The notes under the pieces were generated by a model, which worked only from the letters and a program-made list of their open reading frames with translations, was not told the DNA's origin and searched no databases. The position numbers and the translations under genes were made by a program. Source: Bacilli bacterium (GTDB taxonomy: Bacteria; Bacillota_I; Bacilli_A; RFN20; CAG-826). From it: a DNA stretch of 64,000 bases. Position 1 is the first letter of the stretch. Each line of letters starts with the position of its first letter. Positions 59,138 through 64,000 of the stretch are shown piece after piece. Location: positions 168,756-232,755 of the forward strand of contig JBGUIX010000006.1 of the NCBI GenBank assembly GCA_045113315.1, written 5' to 3'.

Positions 59138-60269
59138 ATTTTTTAAACATCTTTTTAAACTTGGAGAACAAGCCTTCATCTTTTCCGCGTGTATCACGGA
59201 GTTTTTCTAATAGCTCTTTCTGTCCTTTGCTTAAGGAAGTTGGCACTTTGATGTTGAGTTTAATATATTGATCGCCAGGTTTTCCAGTTCTTAAATCCTT
59301 AACGCCACAGCCCTTCATTCTTAAGATTTGTCCAGGCTGGCTTCCAGAAGGAATGGTTAAGGTCATATCTCCATAGACAGTCGGAACATCAACTTTAGTT
59401 CCTAAACAAGCATCGACAAAGTCGAGTGGGATTTCTAAAGAAATATCATTACCGTCTCTTAAGAAATAATCATGTGGTTTGACTAAGATTTCAAAATATA
59501 AGTCACCGTTTGGTCCACCATTAATACCTCTTTCCCCGTTACCACGAGAAACGATTTGTTGCCCATGGTTTATACCAGCCGGGATATGAACTTTGATGTT
59601 CTTTTTCTTATGGATATATCCTTTGCCTGCGCAATCAGGACATTTATTTTTAATCGTTTTTCCTTTGCCACCACAGGATGGACATATTTCTTGGCTGGCA
59701 ATTGAGCCAAAAAGACTTTGTCTTTTTACACTTACATAGCCCTTACCACCACACTGGCTACAGGTCGAGATATCGCTCGCGGATTTTGCGCCGCTACCAT
59801 GGCAAGTAGGACATAATTCATCCACTTCAATTGGGACTTCAATATCTTTACCATTAATCGCATCCATAAAGTCGATACGGATACGTTTGATTTCATCGTT
59901 ACCACGACGTGGTTGATTAGGATTAGCTCTAGCCTGACCTCTTCCACCGGTGAAGAAAGAATTGATAATATCGCCTAAATCGCCAAAGCCACCGAAACCA
60001 CTGAAGCCACCTTGGAAGGGGTTAGCACCAGGATTTCCGCCAGCTTGTTCGAAGGCTGCGTGACCAAATTGGTCATAAGCACTTCTTTTTTGATCATCAT
60101 AAAGAATATCGTATGCTTCTTGGATCTCTTTGAACTTGGCTTCATCGCCCGTTTCTTTATTATCTGGGTGATATTTTTTGGCTAATTTACGATAAGCGCT
60201 TTTGATCTCATCTTTACTGGCACTTTTATTAACACCAAGTATCTCATAGTAATCTCTTTTTTCTGCCAT
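59136..60269 (-). CDS. dnaJ: Chaperone DnaJ
   Basis: J domain (YYEILGV...HPD), Gly/Phe region, four CxxCxGxG zinc motifs. ATG at 60269 with a GAAAGGAG RBS. Confidence 0.9.
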   Translation of the reverse strand: MAEKRDYYEILGVNKSASKDEIKSAYRKLAKKYHPDNKETGDEAKFKEIQEAYDILYDDQKRSAYDQFGHAAFEQAGGNPGANPFQGGFSGFGGFGDLGDIINSFFTGGRGQARANPNQPRRGNDEIKRIRIDFMDAINGKDIEVPIEVDELCPTCHGSGAKSASDISTCSQCGGKGYVSVKRQSLFGSIASQEICPSCGGKGKTIKNKCPDCAGKGYIHKKKNIKVHIPAGINHGQQIVSRGNGERGINGGPNGDLYFEILVKPHDYFLRDGNDISLEIPLDFVDACLGTKVDVPTVYGDMTLTIPSGSQPGQILRMKGCGVKDLRTGKPGDQYIKLNIKVPTSLSKGQKELLEKLRDTRGKDEGLFSKFKKMFKK

Positions 60270-60298
60270 ATAATATTCTCCTTTCTTTAACTTTAGAA

Positions 60299-60314
60299 AG
60301 GGCCCGGAGGCCCT
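60299..60314 (-). other. GC-rich hairpin in the dnaK-dnaJ spacer (attenuator/processing-site candidate)
   Basis: AGGGCC-CGGA-GGCCCT, unusually GC-rich for this genome, with only a weak U tract. Confidence 0.35.
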
Positions 60315-60340
60315 ATCCATTTAGATAATTATTTTAATAA

Positions 60341-62170
60341 TTAGGCTTTATTGCCTTCATCCTTTTTGGTGTAATCAGCATCCACTACATCATCAGGGTT
60401 ACTACCTGCCGGTTGTTCGCTATTAGCTTGACCTTGAGCAGCTTGAGCTTGTTGCATATAAGCCGCCGCTTGTTCGAGTTCACCGATACGTTTCTTAAGT
60501 GTTTCCATATCGTTATTATCTAAAGCAGTCTTTAACTCATCTCTTAATTTTTGAGTTTGTTCTTTTTGGTTTTGATCCATAGAATCGCCTTTTTCTCTCA
60601 TAGCAGCATCGATATCATTAATTAATGATTCAGCTTTATTCTTGAGTTCGATTTCTTCTTTTCTCTTGTTGTCAGCTTCCGCGTTTTCTTCCGCTTCTCT
60701 GACCATTCTATCGATATCTTCTTTACTTAAACCATTAGAACCAGAGATGGTAATGTTTTGTTCTTTTTGAGTATCTAAGTCTTTCGCACTGACTTTAACG
60801 ATACCGTTAACGTCGATGGAGAAGGTAACTTCAATTCTTGGTTCACCTCTTCTAGCTGGTTTAATTCCGGTTAATTGGAAGTGACCTAATAATTTGTTAT
60901 CGTGAGCCATCGGACGTTCACCTTGATAAACCATAATGTCAACTGCAGGTTGATTATCTGCCGCTGTGGAGAAGATTTGACTCTTTGTGGTTGGAATTGT
61001 GGTATTCCTTGGAATTAATGGAGTCATCACTTCACCTAAGGTTTCAATACCTAAGGTTAATGGAGTAACGTCTAATAAGACGACATCTTTGACATCACCA
61101 GAGACGACACCACCTTGATAAGCCGCACCGATGGAGACAGCTTCATCAGGGTTAACGGATAAGTTTGGTGTTTTACCAGTCATGTTCTTCACTAATTCTT
61201 GAACGGCTGGCATACGGATAGAACCACCGATTAATAAGACTTGGTTTAAGTCATTAGCGGACATATGAGCGTCAGCTAAAGCACGTCTTACTGGTTCTTC
61301 GCATCTCTTCAAGAGATGTCTTGTTAAATCTTGGAATTTAGCTCTCGTTAATGTGGTCTCAAAGTTGACTGGGCCCGCACTGGTCATAGAGATAAATGGT
61401 AAGGAGATAACAGTTTCTGTTAAAGCGGATAATTCAATCTTCGCTTTTTCAGCGGCTTCTCTAATTCTTTGTAAGGAAGCTTTGTCGGTAATATCGACAT
61501 TTGTTTCAATCTTGATTTGAGCTTTGATCCAATCAGCGACGACTTGATCCCAGTCATCACCACCGAGTTTATTATCACCAGCGGTTGAGATAACTTCGAA
61601 TGTACCATCACCGATATCTAAGATTGAGACATCGAATGTACCACCACCTAAGTCAAAGACTAAGATTTTTTCACTCTTATCGGTTTCTAAGCCATAAGCT
61701 AAGGCCGCGGCGGTTGGTTCATTAATAATTCTCACGACTTCTAAGCCAGCGATTTGGCCAGCATCTTTAGTCGCTTGTCTTTGTGCGTCATTGAAGTAAG
61801 CAGGAACAGTAATAACGGCCTTTTCAATTTTATGACCGATATTCTTTTCCGCATATTTCTTCATATACGCTAAGATTTTCGCGGAGATTTCTTGTGGGGT
61901 GAAGTCTTTATTAACACAGTTAATGTGGACTTTTTCCGCTGTACCCATCTTTCTTTTAATAGAACTCACAGTGTCTGGATTCATAACCGCTTGTCTTTTG
62001 GCGGCGTTACCAACGATTTCTTCACCACTTGCTTTAAAAGCAACGACTGATGGAGTGGTTGGTGTTCCTTCTGGGTTAGGAATGACTTTCACTGTGCCAT
62101 CTGCTTGTAAATAACTCACAACGGAGTTTGTTGTACCTAAATCGATACCTAAGATAATTTCTTTTGCCAT
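60341..62170 (-). CDS. dnaK: Chaperone DnaK (Hsp70)
   Basis: [16 protein letters not shown], and more: canonical Hsp70. Confidence 0.95.
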   Translation of the reverse strand: MAKEIILGIDLGTTNSVVSYLQADGTVKVIPNPEGTPTTPSVVAFKASGEEIVGNAAKRQAVMNPDTVSSIKRKMGTAEKVHINCVNKDFTPQEISAKILAYMKKYAEKNIGHKIEKAVITVPAYFNDAQRQATKDAGQIAGLEVVRIINEPTAAALAYGLETDKSEKILVFDLGGGTFDVSILDIGDGTFEVISTAGDNKLGGDDWDQVVADWIKAQIKIETNVDITDKASLQRIREAAEKAKIELSALTETVISLPFISMTSAGPVNFETTLTRAKFQDLTRHLLKRCEEPVRRALADAHMSANDLNQVLLIGGSIRMPAVQELVKNMTGKTPNLSVNPDEAVSIGAAYQGGVVSGDVKDVVLLDVTPLTLGIETLGEVMTPLIPRNTTIPTTKSQIFSTAADNQPAVDIMVYQGERPMAHDNKLLGHFQLTGIKPARRGEPRIEVTFSIDVNGIVKVSAKDLDTQKEQNITISGSNGLSKEDIDRMVREAEENAEADNKRKEEIELKNKAESLINDIDAAMREKGDSMDQNQKEQTQKLRDELKTALDNNDMETLKKRIGELEQAAAYMQQAQAAQGQANSEQPAGSNPDDVVDADYTKKDEGNKA

Positions 62171-62187
62171 AATTCATATCCTCCTAT

Positions 62188-62766
62188 TTATGCATCAATT
62201 TTTGTTTCTTTTTCTTCTTTATGTTTGATACTCACCACGACGCTTGCGGGTCTGATGAGACGATCATGGAGCTTGTAGCCTTTGAATTGAACTTCTAAGA
62301 CTCGATTTTCTTCTCCTTCATCTTCTCTAGTTTCCACCGCATTCATCGTTTCGGGTGAGAACTTATCACCAATGTTTGGTGTGATTTCCTTAACTCCTTC
62401 GTTTTCTAACGCGGAAACCATATTTTTATAAATATATTGGAAACCGATTAGATAATTTTTTAAGTTAGGATCACTTGGTTCGTTTTTGAGTACGGCGTAG
62501 AAGCTATCGAGAACTGGTAATAATTCATCGATAAATCCTTCCGCACGATATTTAATCGCTTGCATATGATCTTTTTCTAATTGGGAACGAAGGTTTTTTG
62601 TATCGGCATAAGCGCGATAGAATTCGTTTTTCCAATGTTCCATATCAGCGATCGCTTTATCTCTTTCTTCTTCCACTTTGTGGAGTTTCTTTTGGAAAGA
62701 CTTTTTGGGATTTTCTTTTTCCGTTAATTCTTCTTCTAATTTTTCTTCATTAGGCGTCACTTCCAT
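62188..62766 (-). CDS. grpE: Nucleotide exchange factor GrpE
   Basis: Coiled-coil N-terminus and GrpE C-terminal beta domain; operon position. Confidence 0.9.
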   Translation of the reverse strand: MEVTPNEEKLEEELTEKENPKKSFQKKLHKVEEERDKAIADMEHWKNEFYRAYADTKNLRSQLEKDHMQAIKYRAEGFIDELLPVLDSFYAVLKNEPSDPNLKNYLIGFQYIYKNMVSALENEGVKEITPNIGDKFSPETMNAVETREDEGEENRVLEVQFKGYKLHDRLIRPASVVVSIKHKEEKETKIDA

Positions 62767-63772
62767 TACCTCCTTTATTTAAATCATCGAAATATTTATT
62801 TAATTCTTCGGTTAAGTATTCTAGAGCGGATAAGACTTTGTCATAATCCATTCTGGTTGGTCCAAGAAGAGTAATTGTACTTTCTTCACCATCACCGATT
62901 TTAAACTTTGTGGTGATCATGGAGACATCAGGATTGGTTTCACCGATGTTCACACTGACTTTGTCCTCATCTTCGCTTGGAAGATTTTTGAAGACTGATT
63001 TGTTATTTAATAATTTGAATACTTCTTTTAATTTTTCAGTATCGTTTTTAAATTCTGGTTGATTGAATAACTCCTCTCTTCCATATAAGCTTAAGCGGTC
63101 ACCCGCGAATCTTAAGAATGTTTCAAGCAAAGCTTGGTAAACGATATCATGGGAGACAACATAGTCATTTAAGATTGGCTTCAAGGCTTGCATCTTCTCC
63201 ACTAGTTCACTGACAGGGGTACCGGTTAATCTTTCATTTAAGATCTTCACACATTGCACGACTTCTTCACTTTTAATCGTGTTAGGAATAATGAATGTTT
63301 TGTTTTCGACATAACCTTTATCGGTCACGAATACGGCGGTTAAGGTATTTTCACCAATTTGAATCACTTGCACATTCGCTAATTTTTCTTCGTTTTCATT
63401 TCTACCTGTAACGACGGAAACTAAGTTCGTCATATGGGATAAGATTTCGCAACTCTCCTTAATGACTTCTTCGATCGATTGCATCTTTTGTTCGAGAACA
63501 ACCTGTAAGGAATGTTTAAGTTCTTCATCGATGGTCTTATCACGTAGGTATTCGCAATAATATTTATATCCTTTTGTCGAAGGAACACGCCCGGAAGAGG
63601 AATGCGTCTTTTCGATATAACCCATCTTCTCTAAAGCGAACATCTCATTTCTAATTGTGGCGGAAGAATAAGGTAATTTATATTCATCGATCAAGGTATG
63701 ACTACCAACGGGTTGAGCGTTCTTGATGAAGTAATCGACGATGTACTTAAGTATCGTATCGCTTCTTGTCAT
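62750..63772 (-). CDS. hrcA: Heat-inducible transcription repressor HrcA
   Basis: N-terminal wHTH (SATIRNEMFALEKMGYIEKTHSSSGRVPS); hrcA-grpE-dnaK-dnaJ order. Confidence 0.9.
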   Translation of the reverse strand: MTRSDTILKYIVDYFIKNAQPVGSHTLIDEYKLPYSSATIRNEMFALEKMGYIEKTHSSSGRVPSTKGYKYYCEYLRDKTIDEELKHSLQVVLEQKMQSIEEVIKESCEILSHMTNLVSVVTGRNENEEKLANVQVIQIGENTLTAVFVTDKGYVENKTFIIPNTIKSEEVVQCVKILNERLTGTPVSELVEKMQALKPILNDYVVSHDIVYQALLETFLRFAGDRLSLYGREELFNQPEFKNDTEKLKEVFKLLNNKSVFKNLPSEDEDKVSVNIGETNPDVSMITTKFKIGDGEESTITLLGPTRMDYDKVLSALEYLTEELNKYFDDLNKGGNGSDA

Positions 63773-63787
63773 AATTCTTCCTCCTAT

Positions 63788-63814
63788 TTGGCACTCCTAT
63801 CTTTCAAGTGCTAA
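63788..63814. promoter_or_regulatory. CIRCE operator (TTGGCACTC-N9-AAGTGCTAA)
   Basis: Matches TTAGCACTC-N9-GAGTGCTAA with one mismatch per arm. Lies between the predicted -10 and the hrcA RBS. Confidence 0.8.
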
Positions 63815-63818
63815 TTTT

Positions 63819-63846
63819 ATTTTAGCGATTTTGTTAGCACTGTCAA
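63819..63846 (-). promoter_or_regulatory. sigmaA promoter of the hrcA operon (-35 TTGACA, 16 nt, -10 TAAAAT), overlapped by a second degenerate CIRCE
   Basis: Minus-strand read TTGACAGTGCTAACAAAATCGCTAAAAT. Imperfect inverted repeat TTAGCACTG-N9-AACTGCTAA at 63834-63860 overlaps the -35. Confidence 0.5.
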
Positions 63847-63862
63847 CAATTAACTGCTAAAA

Positions 63863-63886
63863 AAGTGCATTTTTGATGATGCACCT
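63863..63886 (-). terminator. Terminator of the upstream minus-strand gene
   Basis: GTGCAT-N8-ATGCAC with T6 on the minus strand. Confidence 0.5.
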
Positions 63887-63918
63887 TTGGTGAAATATAA
63901 GATTTGTTTAAGAAATAA

Positions 63919-64000
63919 TTAGTCGATAAGGTCCATAATGAGGCTATCAAGGATCATCATACCTTCAAATGTTGGGTATAATTTATCGCCGTCTAAAACC
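63919..64000 (-). CDS. 3' end of an unidentified minus-strand CDS (continues beyond the window)
   Basis: Open frame ...VLDGDKLYPTFEGMMILDSLIMDLID* ending at a TAA (complement of 63919-63921). Confidence 0.4.
   Translation of the reverse strand, partial: VLDGDKLYPTFEGMMILDSLIMDLID

Noticed and set aside
59048-59197. Long N-terminal extension of the C39 ORF (MIHAEKMKAC...)
   Set aside because: Reads through the conserved leader motif and the dnaJ terminator. The ATG at 59047 sits 7 nt after AGGAGG.
1-64000. tRNA, rRNA, CRISPR arrays, IS/transposase, prophage genes
   Set aside because: No T-psi-C/GTTCGA-type motifs, no direct-repeat arrays, and no integrase or transposase ORFs beyond xerD were seen by eye. 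Absence is not proven without tRNAscan or cmsearch.

Overview
This window is an AT-rich (about 30% GC), densely packed housekeeping segment of a low-GC Firmicutes/Mollicutes-type genome. TGA is used as a stop codon and Trp is TGG, so the genetic code is standard. Several lineage-typical genes are missing, which points to a reduced genome (Acholeplasma-like or Erysipelotrichia-like); this taxonomic guess is inference only.

Gene order follows Bacillus subtilis operon blocks closely: lon-engB; T-box-valS; radC; rplU-prp-rpmA-...-obg; nadE; ruvAB-secDF-recJ; rel-hisS-aspS; tkt; asp23-nusB-xseAB-dxs; dinB-xerD-deoB; yqeG-yqeH-yhbY-nadD/yqeK; parC-parE / plsY; yneF; efp; rpmG; ispG; nfo; ispH; nif3-trmK-sigA-dnaG; glyS-recO-era-cdd-ybeY; dnaJ-dnaK-grpE-hrcA with CIRCE.

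The most interesting signal is a conserved leader of about 55 nt, TTTTTGAACATTT-N10-13-CCCC(C)TA-TTTGTGATATAGGAGG-N7/8-ATG, that occurs three times. Each copy sits immediately upstream of a non-housekeeping gene inserted at a conserved synteny junction:
- a 61-aa single-TM peptide translationally coupled to radC;
- a solitary MazF/PemK-fold protein with N- and C-terminal extensions and no antitoxin;
- an orphan peptidase-C39 + multi-TM protein with no ABC ATPase domain.

The element contains the Shine-Dalgarno sequence in the 3' arm of a predicted hairpin, and two copies directly abut strong intrinsic terminators. It therefore looks like a shared promoter/operator and/or an SD-sequestering riboregulator that defines a small uncharacterised regulon.

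Other notable points: a T-box leader for valS; tandem CIRCE elements at hrcA; a Cys/His-rich tail on HisRS; a nadD-yqeK fusion; a heterodimeric ABC exporter with one degenerate ATP site; a possibly leaderless ispG; and an odd C-terminus on L33. No tRNA, rRNA, CRISPR or transposase was recognised.

Coordinates of non-CDS features are approximate (about +/-2 nt).
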